Source: Eledone cirrhosa
Lineage: Eukaryota
Assembly: GCA_964016885.1 (NCBI GenBank)
Contig: OZ024743.1
Location: 100,378,001 to 100,442,000 of the forward strand
Direction: 5' to 3'
DNA length: 64,000 nt
The notes beneath the pieces are model-generated. The model worked only from the letters and a program-made list of their open reading frames with translations. It did no database searches and was not told the DNA's origin. Of the stretch, positions 41,880 to 55,600 are shown in pieces; the first letter of the stretch is position 1, and each line of letters starts with the position of its first letter. A program made the position numbers and the translations under genes.

Positions 41880-42685
41880 CAACTATCTTTGATCATGCTA
41901 TGCCACCCTATTCCCTATTTTTAATATCCATATCGAGAATCTTTAAATTATCCCTAACCACATCTTTGAATCATTTCTTTGGTTTGATTTGGTCTCTTTT
42001 TATGTAAAGGCTCTCCATATAACAATTATTTGGGCATCTTGATATCATACATCCTGATAACATGACCAGCCCAACGTATCTGGCCGTAAACAATCAACTT
42101 TTCAATACTTTCACAACCATCTCTCCTCAGTACTTCTGTATCTAGTGACAAACATGTCCACTTCATTCCTAAAATCTGTCTAAGGCAGTTTTTATGAAAT
42201 ATTTCTAGCCATTTTATGTGCCACTTATAGGTTGTCCATACCTCAGATCCATACAATAATACAGTCAGCATACATGCTCTGTACACACTTATTTTAGTTA
42301 CTAGATGAAAGCCCCGGTCTGCCCAGACCCTTTTCTTTAGTTTTCTAAATGTTCAAGTGGCATTTTGAATTCTCTGATTGATTTCCGCATCAAGTGATCT
42401 ATCCTTACTGATAATTGTTTCTATTTTGGGCACAAGGCCAGCAATTATCCCAGTGTATTACTGGTACTTTATTTTATTGACTCGTTAAGGATGAAAAGCA
42501 AAGTTAACCTCGGCGGGATTTGAACTCAGACCATAAAGTCCTTACTGATAATACTTGCAAGATATGTGAACCTATCTACAACACTCTGCCGTGTACCGCT
42601 AACTGTTGTGTTAGGCTCAGCATGAATTGGCCTGGGGGAGGAGTGACATTACTTTAGTTTTTGTGAGGCTGATGGTCAGTTCAAA
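41880..42685 (-). mobile_element. RTE/BovB-like LINE fragment with a nested SINE (42416-42538)
   Basis: YRACMLTVLLYGSEVWT...CLRQIL...RWAGHVIRM. The SINE is flanked by a 14-bp TSD, tccttactgataat. Confidence 0.85.
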
Positions 42686-42702
42686 AACATACGTACACAC
42701 AT

Positions 42703-42740
<38 letters not shown>

Positions 42741-43049
42741 ATATTTAAATATTAAAACATTTTAGACGGAGAAAAAGACTCCAAATATATAGAATGTCGC
42801 TGTTTCTGTCTGTATTGTCTTCCAATTGAGTATGTTGTCACCTTATTCCAGACACGGTGGGTGACGGTGACAATTTGGGTGTAGTTGAATCGATTTATTC
42901 CACCCACCGTTCCAGTCAACCATTTACCAATCGTTTTTTCATTCCTTTAATTTTATCATCAATGTTCAAATGATCGAAACCACTGTGGAACACATTTAAA
43001 TTTTGCTTTAATTAAAAAAAAAGAATCAACGAACACATTTAACCCTTTA

Positions 43050-44768
43050 ACATTACTCTATATATACTATTGTATTTTCACAGTAAAGTCTTTACCTCAC
43101 ATAATATCCCACATAACATTTACATTACGCTATACATACTATTGTATTTTCACAGTAAAGACTTTACCTCACATAATATCTCACATAACATTTACATTAC
43201 TCTATATATACTATTGTATTTTCACAGTAAAGTCTTTACCTCACATAATATCCCACATAACATTTACATTACGCTATACATACTATTGTATTTTCACAGT
43301 AAAGACTTTACCTCACATAATATCTCACATAACATTTACATTACTCTATATATACTATTGTATTTTCACAGTAAAGTCTTTACCTCACATAATATCCCAC
43401 ATAACATTTACATTACGCTATACATACTATTGTATTTTCACAGTAAAGACTTTACCTCACATAATATCTCACATAACATTTACATTACTCTATATATACT
43501 ATTGTATTTTCACAGTAAAGTCTTTACCTCACATAATATCCCACATAACATTTACATTACGCTATACATACTATTGTATTTTCACAGTAAAGACTTTACC
43601 TCACATAATATCTCACATAACATTTACATTACTCTATATATACTATTGTATTTTCACAGTAAAGACTTTACCTCACATAATATCTCACATAACATTTACA
43701 TTACTCTATATATACTATTGTATTTTCACAGTAAAGACTTTACTCACATAATATCTCACATAACATTTACATTACTCTATATATACTATTGTATTTTCAC
43801 AGTAAAGTCTTTACCTCACATAATATCTCACATAACATTTACATTACTCTATACATACTATTGTATTTTCACAGTAAAGACTTTACCTCACATAATATCT
43901 CACATAACATTTACATTACTCTATACATACTATTGTATTTTCACAGTAAAGTCTTTACCTCACATAATATCTCACATAACATTTACATTACTCTATACAT
44001 ACTATTGTATTTTCACAGTAAAGACTTTACCTCACATAATATCTCACATAACATTTACATTACTCTATACATACTATTGTATTTTCACAGTAAAGTCTTT
44101 ACCTCACATAATATCTCACATAACATTTACATTACTCTATACATACTATTGTATTTTCACAGTAAAGACTTTACCTCACATAATATCTCACATAACATTT
44201 ACATTACTCTATACATACTATTGTATTTTCACAGTAAAGACTTTACCTCACATAATATCTCACATAACATTTACATTACTCTATACATACTATTGTATTT
44301 TCACAGTAAAGTCTTTACCTCACATAATATCTCACATAACATTTACATTACTCTATACATACTATTGTATTTTCACAGTAAAGACTTTACCTCACATAAT
44401 ATCTCACATAACATTTACATTACTCTATACATACTATTGTATTTTCACAGTAAAGACTTTACCTCACATAATATCTCACATAACATTTACATTACTCTAT
44501 ATATACTATTGTATTTTCACAGTAAAGACTTTACCTCACATAATATCTCACATAACATTTACATTACTCTATATATACTATTGTATTTTCACAGTAAAGA
44601 CTTTACCTCACATAATATCTCACATAACATTTACATTACTCTATATATACTATTGTATTTTCACAGTAAAGTCTTTACCTCACATAATATCTCACATAAC
44701 ATTTACATTACTCTATATATACAATTATATTTTCACAGTAAAGGCTTACCTCACATAATATCTCACAC
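43050..44768. repeat. 60-bp minisatellite, ~28 copies (plus ~2 degenerate units at 45985-46115)
   Basis: Unit cattactctatatatactattgtattttcacagtaaagactttacctcacataatatctcacataacattta and variants. Confidence 0.97.
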
Positions 44769-45982
44769 AAAAGGCTTATGGCAAAACTCTCTGCAATGGG
44801 TGTGAAGGATGATCTTTTTAACTGGTTGAAGTCCTTCATTCTCAGTCGAAGAGAGTTAGTCACGGTTCTGGGACATTATTCCTCACCATATGAGATGTCA
44901 TCTGGTGTACCACAGGGATCTGTTCTTGGCCCCCTTTTGTTTGTGGCATATATTAATAGATGCCAACTTAAAGAATGACACAGTACTAAAGTACGCAGAT
45001 GACATCAAGCTGTACCTTGAGATAAAAAGGACAGATCCTGAACACTATAGATCTTGCCTGCAATCTGACCTGGACACAATGCAACAATGGATCACAGACT
45101 GGCAACTCAAGCTAGCTGTGGACAAGTGCACCACCATGCATTTCGGGAGTAAAAACCCAGCGTCCACATACTCCCCTCACAACACTAATATCAAGAAGTC
45201 TTCTTGTGAACGTGACCTGGGCATTACGGTCAGCAGCGATTTGCGTTGGACGAAGCACGTCTCTAAAATTGTCAAGCGGGTTGAGGGTGTCTTAGTATCA
45301 CTCAGCAAGACCTTTGTCAGCCGCTCTCCAGCCATCTATTTAAAGCTGTACATGGCTATGATGCGGCCACATTTAGAATTTGCATCACCAGTCTGGAACC
45401 CCTGTCTTGCTCAGAACATTGACCGCCTGGAAACTGTTCAGAGACGTGCAACCAAGCGAATAGCCTCCATCAGGCATCTACCATACTCTGAACGCCTTGC
45501 TTCCGTGGGCATGGATACATTGAAGCTCCGACGACTGGCAACTGACTTGGTAAACACCCACAAAATTATTAACCATCTTGCCAACAACAGCCCTGAGCAC
45601 CTTTTTGATTTCCATGTGTCTAACACATGTGGGCATGCAAACAAAGTCAGAAAACAGCACAGCTCCCATGACTTTCGGAAACATATTTTCACGCTCAGAG
45701 TTGCTGAAGCATGGAACAAACTACCTACATCAGTTGTTAGCTGTCGAGACACTGCATCCTTTAAATCCTCCATGCTTCCCGAGATTCGTCAACACTACAC
45801 CTAATATTCCCCCTCCATACACATACACACATGTATATCATGACTCATACACTATTCACTTCCCTGACATTTGTATATTATTCTATGTACTATACATGCA
45901 CCTTTGACGAGTTGTAGTGCACCTGAGCACTGTACACAATAATTTCATTATTATTATTATATTATTATTATATTATTATTAT
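44765..45982 (+). mobile_element. CR1-group LINE, 5'-truncated
   Basis: SGVPQGSVLGP, KYADD, RPHLEFASPVWNP, QRRATK, and an (ATT)n tail; one frameshift. Confidence 0.9.
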
Positions 45983-46579
45983 ACCATTCACATTACTCTC
46001 TATATACTATTGTATTTTCATGGTAAAAGCTTTACCTCATATAATTATCTCACATAACATTTACATTACTCTATATATACTATTGTATTTTCACAGTAAA
46101 GGCTTTACCTCACACATTATCGAATCTCTGAGATTTTGATATTATTTATTTTGAGAACAATACCTTAACATCAGTATGAGTGGCCAGTTACAGCCGGTTT
46201 GAACAGAAAGAAGGGACAGAATTCTGACCGGATACGGCCAGTTTCAATGCTAAAGTGTTAAAGTATTTGATACAAACTTGCGTTGAACCTCCGTCGGTTC
46301 CAACAACGAGTTGTTTGACCAGCGGAACAGCCTTCTTGCGAAATTAACGTCCAAATTGCTGAGCATTCCACAGACACGTGTACCCTCAATATAGTTTTCA
46401 GAAAGATTCAGCATAACACAATTTGTAACAAGGTTAGCCCTTTGAATTACAAATACAACTCATTGTTGCTAGCTGAGTAGACTGGAGTAACGTGAAATAA
46501 AGTGTCTTGCTTAAGGACACTGCGAGCTTAAGTTCCTAGGCTTCTATTTTTGGAAAGCCTTCGAACTGTTGGTGAATTT

Positions 46580-47670
46580 CAGTCTCCCGGTCCCCAGGCT
46601 CTGGTTCCGGTCGGATGAATACAGTTTATCGTAGAACTCGCGTGTTCGATGATTCGATCTCGATCCTCTGTTAGGGAATCACCATTTTCTAGAACTCTTG
46701 TGATTTGCAGTTTTCTTTCGCTTAATTTATTCTTTTCCATTTTGAAGTCGTTCCCTTGTTTCACGAATTTTTTTTATGGTTGTTGATTTTGCTTTTGGTC
46801 TCCCACTCTTTGGTTGCTGCTGTGGGTGGTTCAATAATATTGTTGTTCGGTGATACTGATGGTGTTGTTGTTGATATCGTCATTTCTTTGTTTTTCTAGA
46901 ATTATATATTGGTTTTGCAGTTTTAGTCGGAACTCTTGGATAGTGTGATTGGACAGTCAGAGCAGCTCGGGTTTGGAGTGGAAGAGTTTTCACTTCCCAC
47001 ATTACGTATCGATTTTGAGTTTGCATCGTTAGCATTCTATGATCAGTACCAATATCGACGTTATTGAGAACCTCAACGTGTTTCACGATCTGGTGTTTGT
47101 CTGCTAGGATCTTATCAATTCGTTGAATGTATCTTGGTTCGGGCCAAGCCAAGTAAATCTTTTGCGTATTTTCTTTTCAAAAATATGTTCATGATTTTCA
47201 ACCCGTGCGCTGTTGCAAAGTTGACAAGGTCAATTCCTCTGTCAATTCTGTCGCCAAGACCTAAGTTTCCCATGCATTCCTCGACTTCGCTTTCGATTTT
47301 TGCATTTAAATCGCCCATTATGCTGGTGCATTGTGTTTTGGTTTGCTGTTACACTCTTTGAAATCATCGTAGAAGTTCCTCGTGGCTGAAAAGGGAGCGT
47401 ACACTTAGACCTTGTCTGACGTAGCGGGGAAGTTTTTGATGTCCTCACTTAGCTTCGAATATATAAAAATACAAAGCCTTTTTGACTTCGAATAGGAGTA
47501 CCAGAGGAGGACACCAGCTCTCCAAAGCTCTTCACAGTGGTCCTGGAAGGGATCTTTCGAAAACTCAGTTGGGAAAAGAGGGCATCAAGATGGAATACCT
47601 GAATCTTCTTAAGTTCGCTGACGATATCATTATCTTCGCCAGCAGAAGAACTACAACAAATGCTTATAAG
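46580..47670. mobile_element. Degraded RTE LINE pieces (APE endonuclease on minus, RT piece on plus)
   Basis: MGDLNAKI...GLGDR..RG..L..F and TDHRML on minus; LKFADDII on plus. Confidence 0.65.
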
Positions 47671-48139
47671 TTAGTTATTCTCTGATGAATGGGTAATGTT
47701 TAAAATGCACCATATTAATCTCAAGAGATGCAAGCTTGTGTCACTGAGGACTGGAAAGACTCCGGCCCCAAACGATTGTTTCAACTCCAAGAGCAAAGTA
47801 TTCCCAACTTGCTCACATTTTATGAAATATATTCTTGTCGTAGGAAAACCCACCCCCTAAAATCTAAAACATCCGTCCCCACACGTCATAAAATTTATTT
47901 CAGTTTAAATTTAAACTAACAGTAATAATATGTGGGTGAAATTTAATCAACCCGCCTACGCCACATACAGTTGGTCTTCAGTATAGTGAAAGGAATTCAA
48001 TATTAAGAAAACCATGATCACACATAAGACTAAGATATAAACTTACTAACATTAATACACACACATACACACTTAAACCAATCAACCTCCTCTGTATCCT
48101 CTCATATTAGACTCCTCTATAAATGGAAGTCAATACACA

Positions 48140-48213
<74 letters not shown>

Positions 48214-48934
48214 CTTCATTTATTCTATTTATTTTCCCATCATTGCTTCAAGTGACTGTTTTATTAAATTCTCTTTTAAAAGAAATATGATGCATTCTCC
48301 GATTTTTATCCAAATGCTTTTTCTCTTTATTCTATTTCTTATTTTTACTAAACGATTAAGCATGTTAACTATTTTAATACGGAGAGGTTGAGGGTTTGAG
48401 ACAGAATTTCAATCTTGTATGAAATCTTCTTCTGGAAGTTGTCGTCATAATCAAGAGCTGTTAATTGAATTCATCGACCATGGAGTGAAAGTTTAACATT
48501 TGTTATTGTATTATTATTTATTTTCTTAAATTCCATTAGCTATTCTCGTTTCACACATGCCTGCCCTTACAAGATTACTGTGGGCAGCAATGGATGTTAC
48601 TTAACAATCAATAATAAATAGATAAAGTAAATATATCATCAGCGCCTAATCTAAAGGTAACAAGATAAAAAAATATAAATGTAAAAAATGGTTGGTTGAT
48701 AATTGACGACGTTTCATTTGAACACACATACACGTATACACACATATACGTATATACGCATATACGTATACACACATATACGTATATACACATATACACA
48801 CGTATGGCAATTGAACACACATTTAAGGTACACACACATGTCATTTGCAAACACGTTTACGTACATACACAGACACATATCGTTCAAATGCGTACTTTTG
48901 TTTCAATAGTTGTTTGCTGTACCGGGTTTACCAT

Positions 48935-49340
48935 TGTGCTTAGGTCTGCTTGACCATCTTCTCGTTCCGCGGTGGCAAACGCCTTGCCGCGACATTTTCT
49001 CCAGCCGCAACCTGGTGCAGTCTGTTGCACGTCAGACTGAGGAGGCCAAACTCTCAAAGTACCGGTCACTCTCCAACAGGTTTGTGGTTGTGCCCTTGGC
49101 AGTGGAGACTTCTGGTGTCCTTGGCCCTAGGGCTACCTCCCTACTTACCACCATAGACGCTGAGCTGGCCAGCCGCAGGTGTGAGCCTTGTGAGATGGAA
49201 TGGCTCTTCCAGCGCATCTCCCTTACCATTCGCTGAGGAAACGCCTTCTCTATTCTGTCCGCCAGGGCTGTGAGGAGGCCACCACGTGGGACCCCACTTT
49301 CTCACCATACAGAGAGATGGGGAGGGCCAGAGAGAGGGAG
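48935..49340 (+). mobile_element. CRE-like non-LTR retrotransposon 3' fragment (restriction-like endonuclease)
   Basis: EEAKLSKY..L...F.VVPLAVETSGVLG...WLFQRISL; paralogous to 58610-59125. Confidence 0.65.
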
Positions 49341-49579
49341 GTGATGACATTAGGAGTACGGCTGTTCTTTCAGTGGGAGTACGGCTGTTCTTAAATTACT
49401 ATAGATATGATTTTAGACAGTACTTTCTTTGAAAGTGTTTCTAATTATTTCGTGTTTAGTTTACATTTAACTATCAGACTTCTTGCTTCTTTCCCACTTC
49501 ATTTCAAGGAAGTCTAATAAACGAAAGGAATTACAGGGGTCCCATCTTCCAGCCAAAAAAAATGTTTACGATGAAAGGG

Positions 49580-49722
49580 GCCGCATAACTAACACAGGTC
49601 CTCATAACATAACTAACACAGGTCCCCATAACTAGTACAAGACCCTATAACTAGCACAGGGCCCTATAACTAACACAGGGCCCCATAATTAACACAGGGC
49701 CCCATAACTAGAACAGGGCCTC
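49580..49722. repeat. ~21-bp degenerate tandem repeat
   Basis: cataactaacacagggccc-like units. Confidence 0.8.
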
Positions 49723-50261
49723 ATTTGTCCTAAATCTGGCACTGGTTGTTTGGAGTTCATGAGATAACAAACGTACTTCATTTGATACGATAGGTGGAGA
49801 CCTGTCATCAGAAGGGTTGTCTAGTAAAAGACTATTTCATGCTTCTTTAAGGCGAATCACGTGATTTATCCATCTATTGGTAAATACTAACGGGACCTCT
49901 AGAAATTCCTCATTACTATTCTTATTTCTATTTTAAGGCGACGAAATGGCAGAGTCGTTACAAAGTCGGATAGAATGCTTTGCGGCATTCATTCTAGTTC
50001 TTTGTGTTCTGGGTTGAAAACTTACCGAGGTTAACTTCGCCTTTTATCCTTTCGAAGTCGATAAAAAAAAGTAGCAGTCCAATGGGGGGGGGGGGGGGGG
50101 GGGTAATTCTCTCTCTCTCTCTATCTCTATTTCTATCTCAGATATTAGCTGTGTTCAGACCTAAAAAAGGATCTGCGAGGTTTAAAATGACCAAGACATT
50201 TAGGACACAATATATTTTGGTGCCTAATTTTAGAGATCTTCTTACTCAAACCTATTTCATT

Positions 50262-50292
<31 letters not shown>

Positions 50293-50842
50293 ATATCTAT
50301 TTATCTATAATTCGTGTATTTTCCACGAAACCGACTCAATTGAATTTGTCTTCAAACGTTAGCGATTTCGATGTCTCTTTTACATCTAAAGAATAACAAA
50401 CACAATAAATTTTCATTTTCCTCGAAAATTTAACCGAGTTTTTCTCTCCTTTCCTTTCCTTTCATCTATATTTAAACATTTTTATCGTTGTTTGCGTTAT
50501 TCCTCTCGTATTTTTCTGTACATTATTGCCTACACTATATAAAGATGAGACAATCCTGTGGTATTTAGATAGCCAAAGAGAATAAAAATAATGTAATCTT
50601 ATTTGAAAATAATTGTTTCTACTTTAGGCACAAGGCCAGCAATTACCAAGTTCATTACTGGGAAAATAATGATTATTTATTTCAAATTTGTTGTTTTCTC
50701 TTTTTAAAAATAAACGCCTGAGCGCATCCATAGGTGGTTCGAGGTTCGAGCTCATTCCGCGACACCTTTTACTATAGCCACATGTCAACCAAAACCTTGT
50801 GAGAGGAAATTGGTAAACGGGGCCGTCGTGTGGGAGCCCATG

Positions 50843-50888
<46 letters not shown>

Positions 50889-50889
50889 G

Positions 50890-50933
<44 letters not shown>

Positions 50934-50945
50934 ATATCCCGTTAA

Positions 50946-51239
50946 GGGTGAAAGCAGCGATTCTTTGCTTAAACTTTAATCTGTTATTTTAATAAATATA
51001 TATATATGCTTTTTACATTCATTTGATTTATTGATTTATTGATATTTTATCTGAGTGTCCCGAATCTTCCAGATCGCAATCTTTCGGTCGTACAGTTGAT
51101 TATAGACTTGTTCTATGTGTGACGGTATTTTAACGATAGTTATAGCTCTGATTTATCTGAATTATTGAGCCCTCTGCCGCTCATTTCGAATTTTGTTTAT
51201 CGTGAACTCGTGCGCCGATTTTTCGATACTCGATTATTC

Positions 51240-51294
<55 letters not shown>

Positions 51295-51494
51295 GTATTT
51301 CCCGGCGTCGAAGACGCTACTTTATTCCTAAAATAAGTCTAAAAAATCTACCATGCGTCCTGGAGGCCAAAGGTTGATTATTATTTTTTTTTTAATTTTT
51401 GATTATCAAAATTAGGGTCCATCCTCGAGGACAAAGCGGGAAATATATTATCAGAACAGATTAAAGTTTAAGCAAAGAATCGCTGCTTTCACCC
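50946..51494. mobile_element. TIR MITE with TTAA target (Kolobok-like)
   Basis: Perfect ~40-bp TIRs GGGTGAAAGCAGCG... flanked by TTAA, with purine-purine termini. Confidence 0.65.
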
Positions 51495-51909
51495 TTAACT
51501 AAAAAAAAATCAATCTGTGGACGCAGAAGTCAACATTTCGAAAAACGTTATAACCGAAGGAAAATAGGAAGACGATACTTTGGTTCGTGAAGACGTTCCA
51601 TGGCAATGAACGGAAAAAAGCGAGGATAATTACGTCGTTATGTGGAGCAAGAAGAACAATTTCTTGCAAAGACAAAACCACGTTATGGTATAAATGGAGT
51701 CATTAGACTAATATTCTATTTAGGAAACCGAATGATTTAGGAAACCGAATGATTTAGGAAACCGAATAATGTAAATAAATTAGTTGAACGAAAATGATAG
51801 AGGTTATTAAAAACATAAAAGTAATAATAATTAAATATATATGTATGTGTATATTTATATATGTATATGTATGTGTGTGTGTATATGTGTATGTATATGT
51901 ATGTGTATG

Positions 51910-51949
<40 letters not shown>

Positions 51950-52642
51950 TGTATATATGTGGATTATCGTTGGGTATGTGTTTGTGTTGCTGTATGTTTT
52001 GTATATATGTATATATGGGTGTGTGTGAATGTGTGTGTGTGTTTGCACGAATGTACGGTGCGTAGTTGTGTACATAGGTTTTGGTATATACGTTTGGTGA
52101 ACATATGTGTATTTACCTGTAGGTATGTGTGAGTGTGCGTTCTATACGCATTTATGCGTGTATATTTATATATGTATATATAATTATATGTATACACACA
52201 CACATATATTTATATCTGTATTTGGTGTGTACGTTCGTATGTGTACGGGTATATGTGTCGCGCCGGTTAATGTGTACGTGCATGTATATGCATGCATGGC
52301 GTGTTTTGCGTATGCATGTGTGTGTACGTATTTAGATGTGTGTATGTATATATTTAATTTCCCCGTAAAAAGCAGTGGCGGGTTTCTGCATATTATAAGG
52401 GGCGGTGGAACTGCCCCCCCCCCCCCTCATAAAAAAAGAAAAAAAATTATATTTTTCTCCCCAAACTACCAAAACCCACATCCATTTGTATATGTGCTAC
52501 AATTGATGTACATGTTATGTAGAGATAGATGGAGATATAGAGAGGGGGAGAGTTTGGTGGTAATTGATACAGAGAGGGGGATTGGGAGAGAGTTCCGTGT
52601 AGTAGACATAGAGAGGGGAGAGTTTGGTGTTACATGATATGA

Positions 52643-55600
52643 ATTTCTATTTATTTGCCACCAGGGCATCAAAGATTGGGACAAATACAAAGGGGGGAGT
52701 TTACATACATTTAAAAAGACGTGTAAAAAACATATAAATCAAATTTAATTTAACAATCGATGTCCTCAATAAGGAGGGGGCGTTGACATGGGTCGCACAC
52801 ACCCCCGAAAAAATGTGCAACCCTCCTCTTCCGGAGCACAAAGAGCGGGTGCTTCCTTCCTCTTCTCATTCTTCTTCTCTCTCACCTACAGGCTGATATA
52901 GAGAGAAGGCCCATTCACTCGGGCCATTCTCGCTACTTTCACCCACCTTTCATAAAACTTGCTGGGATAGAGCACCTCTCTCTCCATTCTGATCCTTCTT
53001 CTAAAGTGGTACTTGAAAAAAAAAGACCAGTTGTTGGCCGGAGAGAAAGGTGTCTGACCTCAGCCCTTTCAACCTTGTCCACCATACAACTTCTTTCGCC
53101 ATGGCTATCACACAGAGGAAAACCGCCTCTCCTTCGTTTTTGAAAGGGGGAGGCGGTTTGATCGTGACAATGTTCTCGGTGGTCAACCTGATTGGTCTCA
53201 CCCGCGACAGTAGTCGTTCCACATGGCCCCACAGGTCAGCAACGCCCGGGCAGTATACGAATGCGTGTGCAACCGTTTCCTCATCACGCACCCATCTCAG
53301 ACAGATCTTCTTCGAGGGGTCCCTACTCGGGCGCCCGTGTCTGTAGAGCTTGTCCCGAACGGGTAGAGCTCCTTGGTAATATTGCCAAGCCAGGGACTTT
53401 TGGAAGTTGTCCATCGGTCCCGGGCCAAACGTCCTACCGAACAGACTGGCCAGCTCATCTTCCTCCATGCCCAGAGCCTCTCCGAGAGCGTCGTCGCACT
53501 TACTGCGCACCAACCCTCTATAGAATGTTGAGGTTGAGTCTCCACTGATTGCCGGATCCGCTTGCCAGAGGGCCGTGAGCGATTGGGCACATTCAATGTG
53601 CCAGTCGCCCACTTTTCTCGGTCTTTGCTTGACCCAGGATTGCAGCTCGGTGAGTGAGACGAGTCTCGGAAAGGCTCGCCTCACAAACAGGGCCCACACC
53701 GGCTGACCGGTGAGGAATACCTGGAGGTGCCGTAGCCTTAATGCGTGTCTACGCATCGTCAGCCACGGCATCCCCAGCCCTCCGTTCGAAGGGTGTTGAC
53801 AGCAGATGGATCTTCTCACCAAAGGAGCCCGCTTCTTCCAAAGGAATCGGAAGAGCGCGCGCTACATTTTGGCGAGGGTTTTCTCTGGGCCAGGCACGAC
53901 GGTCAAGCGGTAGTAGATGACTGATGCTATATAAGCGTTCGTCACCTCCGCTCGACCTTTCAGGGATAGTTTGCACTCGGCCCACTTCTGGGCGAGTGCA
54001 AACACCCTGCCCGTTACCTCGTCCCAGTTTTTCTCCACCTGGAGGTCCGGTCCGAACCAGACCCCGAGCAGCTTCACCGGTCCCTCCGTCCAGCGTTCGA
54101 CGATGCCGTCGGAGGGCATCGGTTTGCCCCTCCACCTTCCGAGTTGCAAACCGACGAATTTGTTCCGGTTCAGCTTCGCTCCTGTAAACCTTTCGTACTC
54201 CTCCAGTAAGGTGCCGATCTGCCCCATTTCCGAGGCGCACGACACCATTACTGTCACGTCATCGGCGTAGGCCGACACCGCTTTCCGCAATCCCGGTTCC
54301 AAGGGGATGCCCTGCAACAGCTCCAGCTTCCGCAGTAGTGGCTCGAGAGCCAGCACATACAGAAGGGAGGAGAGAGGGCATCCCTGTCGGATGGATCGCG
54401 TGATTTGGAACGGCTCCGAAGAGGTAGCCGTTCACCTTGACCATCGAGCAGGTGTTGCTGCTGTGCATTGCAGCAATCCAGCCCCTGAAAACGGGTCCGA
54501 AGCCTGCTGCCGCGAGCACCGCATCCAGCTACCGATGGTCGACCCTATCGAATGCCTTAGATTGATCGAAGTTGATCAGGGCCTCACCAAAGCCGGGTTC
54601 GTTCCCTACTCTCTCTACGATGTATCGCATGAGGTGGAGGTTGTCGTGTATGGACCTGGACGGGATTGCGCATGTCTGCGCTTCTCCCACCAGGTTCCCG
54701 ACGACAAGCGCCAACCTCTTCGCTAACACCTTGGCCAAAATCTTTAACTCTGTGTTTAGCAGAGTTATGGGCCTGAAGTTATCTATGTCATCTCCCTTGT
54801 TCTTGTCCTTCCTCACCAGCGTGAATACGCCCTTGGTCACAGAACTGGGAATTCTCCCGTTCTGTTGCCAGTTGCAGTAGACCGCCTTGAGGAGACCGGA
54901 GAACAAGTTCGGCATCGCTACATAAAGTTCGTATGGTAGACCATCGAGACCTAGAGATTTGCGTTTGCCGCATTGGCTCAGCGCTTCCCCTATTTCAGCG
55001 TCTGAAATCGGACTTTCGCAGGACTTCGCCTCCCCGTCCAAGAGCCGCGTCAGACCGTCGAGGTATGGACCGAAATCCATGGCCTCACCCGGCCCAGGGC
55101 CCCTCCCGAACAGTCGTACAAAGCGCCGTTGAAAGGCCGCGCTCATCCGCTCAGGTTCAAGGATCACGTGTCCATCCTGATCCTTCAAAGACCGAATCGT
55201 GGACTTGTTTCCACTTTTTGCCTCTGTCACTCGGGCCCAACTAACATCTTTGGCTCCCTCGTTACCCAGAGCACGTATTTTACTCCTGACAACGCAGCCC
55301 TCGTGCTTCGCGTCAAAGAACTGGTCTAGGGCCGTTCTTGACGCCAGCACGCCACGTTGCCACTCCTAATCGCCTCTTCTACTCTATCTATTAATTCCCT
55401 TTCAGTTCTATTCCTATCTGATGCTAATTCCTGACTAAAACCTATCGATTCTATTCTAATTTCTCTCTTGAGAGAGCCCCACTACCTGCTGTTGACAATT
55501 GCCCCCGTCAACCGCTGCTTAACTAGAGTGCTAATCCGCTTACTGTAAGCTTTGTTTGTCGGTAAGGACAAGTTTAGCTTCCAGTAACCGGGTCCTTGTC

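Larger units (their letters stand above)
43043..46257. mobile_element. piggyBac-like non-autonomous element hosting a 60-bp satellite and a CR1 insertion
   Basis: TTAA|CCCTTTAACATT ... AATGCTAAAGTG|TTAA (10/12 inverted match). Confidence 0.55.

Noticed and set aside
43070-44805. 562-aa and 338-aa repetitive ORFs
   Set aside because: Stop-free frames of a 60-bp minisatellite.
47682-47710. CTGATGA motifs here, at ~49805 (minus) and at 12397
   Set aside because: No correctly spaced stem II-GAAA-stem III-UH.
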